DNA from: Mobula hypostoma | Lineage: Eukaryota | DNA: 64,000 nt | NCBI RefSeq assembly: GCF_963921235.1 | Contig: NC_086108.1 | Coordinates: forward strand, 102,612,001 to 102,676,000 | Direction: 5' to 3' | Shown here: positions 11,668 through 23,377 of the stretch, piece after piece | How the letters are laid out: every line of letters starts with the position of its first letter | Numbering within the stretch: the first letter of the stretch is position 1 | Made by a program: the position numbers and the translations under genes | Notes under the pieces: model-generated | What the model was told of the DNA's origin: nothing | What the model saw: only the letters and a program-made list of their open reading frames with translations | Databases searched by the model: none

Positions 11668-11973
11668 ATATAGGCATCCGTTAGTCTCATGAGACCATGT
11701 ATTTGCGCCTTGGAAGGTTTCCAGGGCGCAGGCCTGGGCAAGATTGTATGGAAGACCGGCAGTTGCCCATGCTGCAAGTCTCCCCTCTCCACGACACCGA
11801 TGTTGTCCAAGGGAAGGGCATTAGGACCCATACAGCTTGGCACCAGTATCATTGCGGAGCAATGTGTGATTAAGTGCCTTGCTCAAGGACACACATGCTG
11901 CCTCAGCCAAGGCTCGAACTAGCGACCTTCAAATCACTAGACGAACTCCTTAACCACTTGGCCATGTGCCAAC
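11668..11973 (-). mobile_element. tRNA-derived SINE (family A)
   Basis: A/B boxes; 12-bp TSD ATATTTTTAGAG (11656-11667, 11974-11985). Confidence 0.9.
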
Positions 11974-11985
11974 ATATTTTTAGAG

Positions 11986-12210
11986 GTACAGCGCAGTAAC
12001 AGGCCCTTCTTTCCCAGCGACCCCACGCTGCCCAATTTCACTCAAGTGACTAGTTCACCTGTACGTCTATAGAGTGTGGGAGGGAAACGCAGCACCCAGA
12101 GGAAAGCCACACCGTCACGGGAGAACGTACAAGCCCCTCATAGGCAGCGGCAGGAAATGAACCCGGGTTGCTGCCACTAGAAGGCGATGTGCTAACCACT
12201 ATGCTGCCGT
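11986..12210 (-). mobile_element. V-SINE-like SINE, degenerate
   Basis: Reverse complement of the V-domain-like tttcctctgggtgctgcgtttccctcccac plus tRNA-like head. Confidence 0.7.
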
Positions 12211-13002
12211 GAAGCAGTATCTCCCTGCAGTGTTGAATAAAAAAAGTAATTCATCTGAGTACGATTTGTAAGATATTGCTAGACCATTAAATGGGACAGC
12301 AACACGCAACACATCGTGGGCGAAGTGATTTGAGACAGCTTGATAGCTAGACTGGGCACACGTGTCCCTTCTTTCTTCTTTTATTAGTCATCCTGCTGCA
12401 ATCTGCCAAGCACGTTGTCATCAAGCTTTTATGCAGAATGAATGGCTGTATAACCAAAGCAGAAAATCATATTATTACAGCAGGGAGACTAAGGCATCCT
12501 TAGAACTCACTGTTAAACTGTACAATCTCTTTGGTACCAACTGATCATTTTGCCGTCATGTTTATCTAGTAAATAAATTAAAGGTTCCATACTGGGGGGG
12601 TGGCAGGGGGAAGAACTTTACTTTTGACCAATAATGTTAAATCTGAGTATCGGTGGCAAATTATACTCACCTCCCTCGTGTTCCGTACTGAGGACTTCAG
12701 TAGAGTTAAGTGTTGGGGGGGTGCGGGTGAGTTGCACAGCCTGTGATTCTTTCACACGTGGCTTGCTGCCATTTCATAATGTTTAGTTCAGCCCGTTTCC
12801 ACCTCCTGTATCAAGGGATGTGGCTTCTGTAACACTATGGTGTGAACATGCTACTTAAACAGAGGGAACCCGGAATCAAATGAATAATTCTGCTTGTAAT
12901 ACATACTGCATTGAACCATCTTGTCCTTTGAGGCTTATGTTTAACTTCACTCTTTATGGTTCCATTTTCAATTAATTTAAACTGCTATCTAAATTCCATT
13001 GT

Positions 13003-13560
13003 ATGATGGTGCTGTTTAAGTGGTATTTAGACAGGTGCATGAGCATGAGCGGGGAACGAAAGGATATGGATGATGAGCAAGCAGATAGGTTTAGTTTTCC
13101 CTGGTGTCATGATTGGTGCAGATATCGTATGTTGACAGGCCTGTTTCTGTGTTGTACTGGTGGTCTATGTTCTTGCTTTAGTTTAATCTGGCATCATGGT
13201 CGGCACAGAAATAGTGGGCTGAAGGACCTGTTCTTGTGTGCAGCACAGAAACAGGCCCTTTGGCCCATCTAGCCTGTGCCAAAACCATTTAAGCTGCCTA
13301 TTCCCATTGACCTGCACAGGGATCATAGCCTTCCATACCCCTTCCATCCATGTACCTATCCAAACTTCTCTTCAATGTTGAAATCGAGTTTGTATGCACC
13401 ACTTACGCTGGCAGCTCATTCCACACACTCACGGCTCTCCGAGTGAAGCAGTTTCCACTCATGTTCCCCTTAAACTTTTCATCTTTCACCCTTAACCCAT
13501 TACCTGTAATTACAGTCCCAGCCAACCTCAGAGGAACAAGTGTGCTTCCTTTTACCCTAT
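13003..13560. mobile_element. Mosaic of CR1 3' ends on both strands
   Basis: FKWYLDRCM-type CR1 C-terminus and 3'UTR copies. Confidence 0.65.
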
Positions 13561-13574
13561 CTATACCCCATAGA

Positions 13575-13877
13575 GTTGGTGCATGGCCAAGCGGTTAAGG
13601 TGTTCGTCTAGTGATTTGAAGGTTGCTAGTTCGAGCCTTGGCTGAGGCAGTGTGTGTGTCCTTGAGCAGGGCACTTAACACACATTGCTGTGCGACAACA
13701 CCAGTGCCAAGCTGTATGGGTCCTAATGCCCTTCCCTTGAACAACATTGGGGCGTGGAGAGGGGATACTTGCTGCATGGGCAACTGCTGGTCTTCCATAC
13801 AACCTTGCCCAGGCCTGCGCCCTGGAAACCTTCCAAGGCGCAAATCCATGGTCTCACGAGGCTTAAAGGATGCCTAT
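13575..13877 (+). mobile_element. tRNA-derived SINE (family A), full length
   Basis: A box TGGCCAAGCGG, B box GTTCGAGCC, core gtgtccttgagcagggcacttaac; duplication CTATACCCCATAGA at 13561-13574 and 13874-13887. Confidence 0.9.
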
Positions 13878-14562
13878 ACCCCATAGAACATGGAACAATT
13901 GTACTGTTTTATGATATAGATCTAGTTTCTAGTTGTAGATTTAGTTTGGCATCATGGTAATACAGACATGGAGAGATGAAGGGCCCGTTCCTGTGTTGAA
14001 CTGTTCTATGTTCTAGTCAACGAGCAGATTTTCCAGCACCCTGTTCATCATTTATTCCTCAACCTGCATCAAGCAAAATAGATTATCCAGCAATTTATCT
14101 GATTTGCTCTTGAGGTGTCTTGACATTTGGAAATGGGGCACAGGAAAGGCCATTTAGCCCCTCAAATGGATCTTGTGAATCTATGTCCAATCTCCTTTGA
14201 CCTTTTCAGGCCAAAGCCTATTGACTTCAGGTTTTAAACTATTACTTGATGCAACAGCTATTTCATTTCATCCATTAAGCATTACCACCCTTGGTTTTTC
14301 CCAGTATCTTTCCTGAATGGCCTGTGTCTGACTTTTTGTTATGTTTCATGTCCTATATTTCCGATCAGTTGTTATCTTTATACACCCTATTTTTTTTACT
14401 TATCTGCTTACTTATTTATTTATCCATGCTATTTTCAAGATACAATAAAAAATCAAGTTCAAGTTTAATTGTCATTCAACCTTACATATGAATAGAGCCA
14501 AATGAAACAGTATTCCTTGGTGGCTAAAGTTTTTCAGTGATTTCTCCTTCCCGTAACAACAG

Positions 14563-15100
14563 AAAATCTGCAGATTCTGGAAATCAGAGCAACACACACT
14601 AAATGCTGGAGGAACTCGGCAGGCTAGGCAACATCTATGGAAAAAGTACAGTCGATGTTTCGGGCTTTCCAAAGGGTTTCAGCCCAAAATGTTAACTGTA
14701 CTTTTTTCCATAGTTGCTGCCTGGCCTCCTGATTTCTCCTTCCCGTAATTTCTTTTCTTTTCTTTTTCCCTCCCCTTCCTTTTTCTTCTGTTCCTCACTC
14801 TTGTCCTTTATCACCTCCCTCTGGTGCCCCTCCTTCTTCCCTTTCTCTCATGATCCACTCTCCTGTCCTATCAGATTCCATCTTCTCCAACCCTATGCCT
14901 TTCCCACCCATCTGGCTTCACCTATCGCCTTCTAGCTTGTCCTCTATCCCATCCCCCGCCCTTCCTTTCCAGTCCTGATGAAGAGTCTCAGCCCAAAATG
15001 TTGACAGTTTATTCAATTTCATCGATACTGCCTGGGCTGCTGAGTTCCTCCAGCATTTTCTATGTGTTGCCCTGGATTTCCAGCATCTGCAGAATGTCTT
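14563..15100. mobile_element. Penelope terminal-repeat fragments (inverted pair plus 3'UTR copy)
   Basis: PLE tail motifs; degenerate hammerhead core CTGATGA at about 14975. Confidence 0.75.
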
Positions 15101-15599
15101 GTTCAAACCACAGTAGCAACAGTCACACACAGCACAAGGCACATAAACCACATGCAATTATGACAGCAGGAAAACATAAACTTACAAGCAAAAATAATGT
15201 AGCCCAAGTCTTTGAATGTCATGGCTTATAGATTGATGGTGCATGGGATATTGCCTTGGAGTCAGGTTTCTGCAAGAACGAGCACACAGCAGTCCTCATG
15301 ATGTGTTAGTACAGTTGAATATGAATACAATCCATCTTGTTTTCCATGGAGTGTAAACTGGAGGGCAGCACCAATGGGAGGATCCAGCCCCTAGCCCAGT
15401 GCAGACACCAGAATGCCCATCGTGCCTCTGTTCTCTCCCACACCACCTCCGGCTTCTCCTCTCCTTGCAGCTGCAACAGGCAACCCCGCGGCATGGCGAC
15501 CTAGTTTGCACAGCAACCAAGGCCACACGTTTCCCCTGCCATCGGTCTCGCTAATGAACCTGTCATTTACATTACCATTTAACTTTAGAGTCATTCAGT

Positions 15600-15890
15600 G
15601 ATGGAACACTATGGCACAGTAACAGGCCCCTCAGCCCATCTCACCCGTGCTGAACTATTATTCTGCCTAGTCCCATCGACCTGCACCTAGACCATAGCCT
15701 ACCGTACTCCTCCCATCTGTGTACTTGTCCAAACCTCCCTGAAATGTTGCAATTGAACCTGCTCCACGTCTTCTGCTGGCAGCTCATTCCGTCTTCTGAG
15801 TGAAGAAGTTCCCTTTAAATATTTCACCTTTCATTCTTAACCCGTGACCGTTAGTTTTAGTTTCACCCCACCTCAGTGGAAAATGCCTGC
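15600..15890 (-). mobile_element. CR1 3' end
   Basis: Homologous to 13245-13560 and 63400-63880. Confidence 0.7.
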
Positions 15891-16440
15891 TTGGAAAAAC
15901 TTTCTATGCAGGGAGTATCAGTTTAGTGTATGCAATCACTCTTCATAATTTAGCCCTTAGAACTCCAATGAAAACCTCTTAATGGTTTTTACCCAGAGAT
16001 TGATGATGACATCATACTGGCTGCCTGTAAAGATTATAGAAGCATTCAATCAAGACTTTATGAAAGGAACTAGATAGATATGTGAGGCAGAATAATGTGC
16101 AAAACTCTAGGGAAGCAGCAGGAGATAAACTGGATTTTCCTCAACAAATTGGCCTAAGTTTCTGATGGACTGATGTATTTTTGTGATTGTAAGTTTCTGC
16201 AGTAACACCCTGGTGATGCACACCTTATAAAATAAATAAGGGTAGCATAGCATAGCTGTCTCGTGACTCCAGTGATCTGAGGTTGATCCTGACCTCCTGA
16301 CCTCTATGTGGAGGTTGGATGTTTGCCCTGTGACCATGTGCATTTTCTCCAGTACTCTGGTTTACTCCAACAGAGTGAGGCACACCTGGCCTCAACTATG
16401 TGCTGGAAGGTTAACAGACAGGTACTGATCATGGTTGGAG

Positions 16441-17020
16441 AACTTGCCTACTGCGTTGTTCACATGAGGAAATCTGCAGATGCTGGAATTTCAAGCAACA
16501 CACATAAAAGTTGCTGGTGAATGCAGCAGGGCAGGCAGCATCTCTAGGAAGAGGTACAGTCGACGTTTCAGGCTGATACCCTTCGTCAGGATTAACTGAA
16601 AGAAGAGTTAGTAAGAGATTTGAAAGTGGGAGGGGGAGGGGGAGATCCGAAATGATAGGAGAAGACAGGAGGGGGAGGGATGGAGCCAAGAGATGGACAG
16701 TTGATTGGCAAAAGGGATATGAGAAGATCACTGTGAGTTGGCTGGGGTGATATACTGCGTCCGGTGCTCCCGATGTGGCCTTCTATATATTGGCGAATCC
16801 CGACGCAGACTGGGAGATCGTTTCGCTGAACACCTACGCTCTGTCCGCCAGAGAAAGCAGGATCTCCCAGTGGCCACACATTTTAGTTCCACATCCCATT
16901 CCCATTCTGATATGTCTATCCACGGCCTCCTCTACTTTAAAGATGAAGCCACACTCAGGTTGGAGGAACAACACCTTATATTCCATCTGGGTAGCCTCCA
17001 ACCTGATGGCATGAACACTG
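16441..17020 (+). mobile_element. 5'-truncated Penelope-like element: inverted terminal repeat (16441-16730) followed by GIY-YIG endonuclease coding fragment
   Basis: GVIYCVRCSRCGLLYIGESRRRLGDRFAEHL..PVATHF..LRLEEQHLIFHLGSLQPDGMN (ORF 16738-17025). Confidence 0.9.
16557..16595 (-). ncRNA. Minimal type I hammerhead ribozyme motif (PLE-associated), core intact
   Basis: Minus strand TAATC-CTGACGA-AGGGTATCAGCCT-GAAACGTC-GACTG: CUGANGA/GAAA core, GUC site, palindromic ACGT helix III, helix I with one mismatch. Confidence 0.7.
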
Positions 17021-17650
17021 GCTGATTAGTGTTGAACAATTAAGCAAGAAGCCTCAGACACTGAGTACAAATGAAAATTATCAACGAAACATTTTTAGCT
17101 TAGTTGAACTAGTGCAAAGCACCAGCATTGTTATGCAATTAAATGCATTATATTTAATAAATGTTAATTTCTGTTTCTCCAAATTCCTATGTGATACAAG
17201 AAGTCTGAAATTATATTTGTGTTAAGCTTCAAGCGTTCTATCATCAAGAAAACAAAATTCTGAAGAAGCAACACTTTTGAAAAAGGATTGTTGTCCACTG
17301 ATTGTCACACGTACTGAGATGAAATGAGCTGTACATATAGCATGCAAAGCTTTATTTTGCATGCTATGCATACAGCTTATTTCATCACATCAAAGTTATT
17401 GTCATATGCACAAATAAACATATGCACAAGTGCAATGAAAAACATATTTGCTGCAGCATCACAGGCACATGGCACTGGAGACACAACAGGCACAATAAAA
17501 AGATACAAACTTTTTACAAGGATTAGAACATAAAACACAAAGTAAATTGCAGTGCAGTATGGATATTGAGGTGGTACAAGCAAAAGCAGTAACAGTTCAA
17601 AGTTCAAAGTAAATTTATTATCAAAGTACATGTAAGATACCATATATAAC

Positions 17651-18112
17651 CAGACATCCCACCCTGCAAAAACTCATTTCAGGGAGGTAGCACCATCAAT
17701 TTGCAGGAGACTTCCGGAACTTCCAGGAGAGGTGGGATGTCGCAATAGAGTAGCTCCTTAGCAGCTAGCCAGCTAGTTTAAATATTTTTGACCCCTATTA
17801 GGCAGGGGTACACTTTAGTGTAGTCTGGGGTGACATATGTTTTATATGTTATTTTTTTGGAACACTCTGCCATGGTGCACTCTCTCTCTCTCTCTCTCTC
17901 CCTCTCTCTCTCTCTCTCACTCGCTCTCGCGCTCGCTCTCTCTCTGTGCTCCCTCTTGCTCTCTCTCTCTCTCTCTCGCTCTCGCTCTCACTCATTCGCT
18001 CGCTCTAAAAAAAAATCGATTTCCAGGATATTGTACATAATTTGTGGGCATTAGGGAGCCACTATCAATATACGGGAGACTCCCGGAACTTCCAGGAGAT
18101 GTGGGATGTCTG
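17651..18112. mobile_element. Non-autonomous DNA transposon (MITE) with 12-bp TIR, containing a (CT)n tract
   Basis: CAGACATCCCAC...GTGGGATGTCTG; flanks TATAAC/TACAAC (6-bp TSD, one mismatch); inserted in a Rex1-type 3'UTR that continues to about 18450. Confidence 0.8.
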
Positions 18113-18929
18113 TACAACCCTGAGATTTGTTTTCCAGTGGGCAGACTTAATAATTCCTCAAAAGAATAACAACCTTAATAGAATCAAAGGAAGACCACAC
18201 CAACTGGGCATTCAACCAGTGTGCAAAAGACAAAAAGCTGTGCAAATGCATAAAGAAAATAATAATATTAAATAAGCAACAAATATTGAGAACATGAGAT
18301 GAAGAGTCCTTGAAAGTGAGTCCATAGGTTGTGGGAACAGTTCAGTGAATTTATCCCCTTTGGTTCAAGAGCCGAATGTTTGAGGGGTTATAACTGTTGC
18401 TGGTGGTGTGAATCCTGAGGCTCCTGCACCCTCTTCCTGATACCAGAATAGAATGCAGTGTGAAGTGTCACAGTTGCAGAAAAAGATGGCATACAGTCAG
18501 ACAATAAGGCATAAGGCCATGGTGAAGTAAATTGAGAGGCCAAGAGTCCATTTTATCATCCAAGAGGACCGTTCAATAGTCTTATAACCCACCCAGTTTA
18601 GCAATGCATTAAATTTCAGTAGCTCATCCTCCAGCTCAAATCTCTATTGTTCCATTATCATTACTGATTAATCAGATTCTGACAATTCACACTCATTTAT
18701 TTACTTGCGCACAAGAACAGTTCAACCCGTCACTGAACTGCTCTGAAGATAAAAAAAAGAAGTGTCATTATTATATAGAAATTGATTAGTTGACTTAAAA
18801 TATTGATCCTATAGAAATTTTATGCACTTCTGAATCCCTTTATTTGCATATTTAAGTGCCAATTATAATGCATACTTCAGGTGTTAATAACCAATTCAAA
18901 TACAGTTTAATGGACAATAGTACCCCATC

Positions 18930-18992
18930 AGTGGCGGTAATGCACCATTAAGCTGGGTGCCAACCACCATAAAACAAGATACAGACAGACAG
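18930..18992 (+). mobile_element. Extremely 5'-truncated non-LTR retroposon 3' end
   Basis: Perfect 13-bp TSD ATAGTACCCCATC (18917-18929, 18993-19005); (ACAG)n tail; gtggcggtaatgcacc..accaccataaa end. Confidence 0.75.
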
Positions 18993-19444
18993 ATAGTACC
19001 CCATCGTTAGTAACCTAGTTGTCCAATAGTGCCCGCCTTGCATCCTTCGTTTGTATCCTTATCTTGTACTGGTACGCCAAATGGTCTTGGTTCCCAGGCT
19101 GGAACAGAAAGGCTGTAGAACGGAAAGCTAAACTCTCAAGAGTCTTGTTCAGCCTGGGTGATTGCACCATGACTGCATCTTGCCTCTCGCATCTTATCAT
19201 CTTGACTCTTGCCTTACTGAACTTCCACACTCAGAAAAGGCTGGACAGAGTGTTTGCACTCTTCTCTGTCATCACACAATTTTAACCTTGCCTTGTTGCA
19301 ACATGCACACCGTTCCTTGCCCTGTGAAGACAACCCCACAGACATCCATAAGCTCACGTTCTTCCAAATCTTGCCAATCTCCAGGTTTAGTTGTTCCATC
19401 ACTAGCAAACGGGTTTTAATTATATCGACTGCAAACTCCAGATT

Positions 19445-22400
19445 GTCCTCCCTTTCTGTCACTCCTCCGTCTCTCCCTTTCTGTCACTCCTCCATCTCTC
19501 TTTCTGTCACTCCCCCATCTCTCTTTCTGTCACTCCCCCGTCTCTTTCTGTCACTCCCCATCTCTCACTTTCTGTCTCTCCCATCTCTCTTTCTGTCTTT
19601 CCCATCTCTCTCTTTCTGTCACTCCCCCATCTCTCTTTCTGTCACTCCCCCGTCTCTTTCTGTCACTCCCCATCTCTCTCTTTCTGTCTCTCACATCTCT
19701 CTCTTTCTGTCTCTCCTCCATCTCTCTCTTTCTGTCACTCCCCATCTCTCCCTTTCTGTCACTCCCCCGTCTCTCTCTTTCTGTCACTCCTCCGTCTCTC
19801 CCTTTCTGTCACTCCCCCATCTCTCACTTTCTGTCACTCCCCCGTCTCTCTCTTTCTGTCACTCCTCCGTCTCTCCCTTTCTGTCACTCCTCTGTCTCTC
19901 CCTTTCTGTCACTCCCCCGTCTCTCTCTTTCTGTCATTCCCCATCTCTCTTTCTGTCACTCCCCCATCTCTTTCTGTCTCTCCCATCTCTCTCTTTCTGT
20001 CACTCCCCCATCTCTCTCTTTCTGTCTCTCCCCCATCTCTCCCTTTCTGTCTCCCCGTCGCTCTCTTTCTGTCACTCCCCCATCTCTCTCTTTCTGTCAC
20101 TCCCCCATCTCTCTCTTTCTGTCACTCACCCATCTCTCTCATTCTGTCACTCCTCTGTCTCTCCCTTTCTGTCACTCCCCGTCTCTCTCTTTCTGTCACT
20201 CCCCCATCTCTCTCTTTCTGTCACTCCCCGTCTCTCTCTTTCTGTCACTCCTCCGTCTCTCCCTTTCTGTCACTCCCCCATCTCTCACTTTCTGTCACTC
20301 CCCCGTCTCTCTCTTTCTGTCACTCCTCCGTCTCTCCCTTTCTGTCACTCCCCCATCTCTCACTTTCTGTCATTCCCCCGTCTCTCCCTTTCTGTCACTC
20401 CTCTGTCTCTCCCTTTCTGTCACTCCCCCGTCTCTCTCTTTCTGTCACTCCCCCATCTCTCACTTTCTGTCACTCCCCCGTCTCTCTCTTTCTGTCACTC
20501 CTCCGTCTCTCCCTTTCTGTCACTCCTCTGTCTCTCCCTTTCTGTCACTCCCCCGTCTCTCTCTTTCTGTCACTCCTCCGTCTCTCCCTTTCTATCACTC
20601 CCCCGTCTCTCCCTTTCTGTCACTCCCCCGTCTCTCTCTTTCTGTCATTCCCCCATCTCTCTTTCTGTCACTCCCCCATCTCTTTCTGTCTCTCCCATCT
20701 CTCTCTTTCTGTCACTCCCCCGTCTCTCTCTTTCTGTCACTCCTCCGTCTCTCCCTTTCTATCACTCCCCCGTCTCTCCCTTTCTGTCACTCCCCCGTCT
20801 CTCTCTTTCTGTCACTCCCCCATCTCTTTCTGTCTCTCCCCCATCTCTCTCTTTCTGTCACTCCCCCATCTCTCTCTTTCTGTCACTCCCCCATCTCTCC
20901 CTTTCTGTCTCCCCGTCGCTCTCTTTCTGTCTCTCCCCCATCTCTCTCTTTCTGTCACTCCCCCATCTCTCTCTTTCTGTCTCTCCCCCATCTCTCCCTT
21001 TCTGTCTCCCCGTCGCTCTCTTTCTGTCACTCCCCCATCTCTCTCTTTCTGTCACTCCCCCATCTCTCTCTTTCTGTCACTCACCCATCTCTCTCATTCT
21101 GTCACTCCTCTGTCTCTCCCTTTCTGTCACTCCCCGTCTCTCTCTTTCTGTCACTCCCCCCATCTCTCACTTTCTGTCACTCCCCCGTCTCTCTCTTTCT
21201 GTCACTCCTCCGTCTTTCCCTTTCTGTCACCCCCCCATCTCTCCTTTTCTGTCACTCCTCCGTCTTTCCCTTTCTGTCACTCCCCCGTCTCTCTCTTTCT
21301 GTCACTCCTCCGTCTTTCCCTTTCTGTCACTCCCCCGTCTCTCTCTTTCTGTCACTCCTCCGTCTCTCTGTTTCTGTCACTCCTCCGTCTCTCTCTTTCT
21401 GTCATTCCCCATCTCTCTTTCTGTCACTCCCCCATCTCTTTCTGTCTCTCCCATCTCTCTCTTTCTGTCACTCCCCCATCTCTCTCTTTCTGTCTCTCCC
21501 CCATCTCTCCCTTTCTGTCTCCCCGTCGCTCTCTTTCTGTCACTCCCCCATCTCTCTCTTTCTGTCACTCCCCCATCTCTCTCTTTCTGTCACTCACCCA
21601 TCTCTCTCATTCTGTCACTCCTCTGTCTCTCCCTTTCTGTCACTCCCCGTCTCTCTCTTTCTGTCACTCCCCCATCTCTCTCTTTCTGTCACTCCCCCGT
21701 CTCTCTCTTTCTGTCACTCCCCCCGTCTCTCACTTTCTGTCACTCCCCCGTCTCTCTCTTTCTGTCACTCCCCCCGTCTCTCACTTTCTGTCACTCCCCC
21801 GTCTCTCTCTTTCTGTCACTCCTCCGTCTTTCCCTTTCTGTCACCCCCCCATCTCTCCTTTTCTGTCACTCCTCCGTCTTTCCCTTTCTGTCACTCCCCC
21901 GTCTCTCTCTTTCTGTCACACTCCCATCTCTCCCTTTCTGTCACTCCTTCATCTCTCTCTTTCTGTCTCTCCCCCGTCTCTCCCTTTCTGTCACTCCCGG
22001 TCTCTCTCTTTCTGTCACTCCCGGTCTCTCTCTTTCTGTCACTCCTCCGTCTCTCTCTTTCTGTCACTCCTCCGTCTCTCTCTTTCTGTCTCTCCCCCAT
22101 CTTTCCCTTTCTGTCACTCCCCCGTCTCTCTCTTTCTGTCTCTCCCCCATCTTTCCCTTTCTGTCACTCCCCCATCTCTTTCTGTCACTCCCCCGTCTTT
22201 CCCTTTCTGTCACTCCCCCATCTCTTTCTGTCACTCCCCCGTCTCTCTCTTTCTGTCACTCCTCTGTCTCTCTCTTTCTGTCACTCCCCCATCTCTTTCT
22301 GTCACGCCTCCGTCTTTCCCTTTCTGTCACTCCCCCATCTCTCTCTTTCTGTCACTCCCCCATCTCTCTCTTTCACTCTATCGTCTCTCTCTTTCTGTCA

Positions 22401-22615
22401 CTCCTCCGTCTCTCTCTTTCTGTCACTCCTCCATCTCTCTCTTTCTGTCGTTCCTCCGTCTCTCTCTTTCTGTCACTCCTCCGTCTCTCTCTTTCTGTCA
22501 CTCCCCCATCTCTTTCTGTCACTCCATCTCTCTCTTTCTGTCACTCCCCCATCTCTCTCTTTCTGTCACTGCCCCATCTCTCTCTTTCTGTCTTTCCCCA
22601 TCTCTCTCTTTCCTC
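19445..22615. repeat. About 3.2-kb pyrimidine-rich minisatellite, unit about 25 bp (TCTGTCACTCCCCCRTCTCTCYCTT) with shorter variants
   Basis: Visible periodicity (for example tctgtcac at 20093 and 20118); the 1136-aa ORF exists because this strand cannot form stop codons. Confidence 0.97.
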
Positions 22616-22921
22616 CTCAAAGCTGCACCTAACTGCATGCCTTATTGACCATGTTTTTTGCTGACACATTCTAACATCTTCCCAACAGGCTGATTCAGTT
22701 CCCATTAAAGCATCTTGAGGTAATTCAAAGACACTACACAAATGTGCAATGTTTTGGGAGCTGGGCTGAATATTGTGGTAGATTCACCACAACGTGGCCT
22801 TGGCACAGTTCTCTCCCCCACCCCCCCACCCACTCATCTCCTTCTATCACCCCCTCACTGCACTGCACTGTAGACACTTTTAACCCCTATTTATAAAGCT
22901 GTTTACGTTGTATATAATGCT

Positions 22922-23190
22922 GCTGTTTGACGCTACAGCGTTCACATAGCTTGGCATTTAGCTTGCAAGTGTGTCATCACCAGTCGAGGTGACATCCTCA
23001 GTGCGCAGTTGCTGGTGTTTCTCTCTGGGACTACTTGCCCACCATTCGCTTGCCTTGGTCCTGACTGACTACCCCTTCAGTTGACCTTTGAATTCTGTTG
23101 GCTTGTCTTTTTTTGTCAAGCTAATTGCCAGGCTTGGCAAACGCTGCAACATCGAACACTTCAACCAAAGCTTCCAATATTCACCACCAT
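22922..23190 (-). mobile_element. Second Penelope-like family: short element with inverted ends and a degenerate hammerhead
   Basis: Homologous to 59555-59870; inverted arms ttggcatttagcttg / caagctaattgcca; minus-strand CTGAGGA-T-GTCACC-tcgact-GGTGAT. Confidence 0.6.
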
Positions 23191-23377
23191 CTTAAATGTT
23201 GGCATTTAATTGTTTATGCACATTTTGTTCCTTATCCATCATTTAACCTCCATCTTAGCTTTTTGTTAATTCTTTGTCATTTATAATTGTTGAATGTTGT
23301 TGCATTTTGTTACATATCTTCCCCGGTCAACACACCACAGCAATTTCCAAATGCATGTGAATCTACATAGTAGCCGC

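Noticed and set aside
12655..12720. Minus-strand donor GAG|GTGAGT suggesting an exon
   Set aside because: No convincing acceptor or recognisable reading frame; isolated donor matches are common.
13575..13650. tRNA gene
   Set aside because: The A/B boxes belong to a SINE head present in three copies with TSDs; no complete cloverleaf.
19254..22664. 1136-aa ORF rich in S/L/P/F
   Set aside because: It is the translation of the minisatellite; the pyrimidine-rich strand cannot form stop codons, and unit lengths are often not multiples of three.
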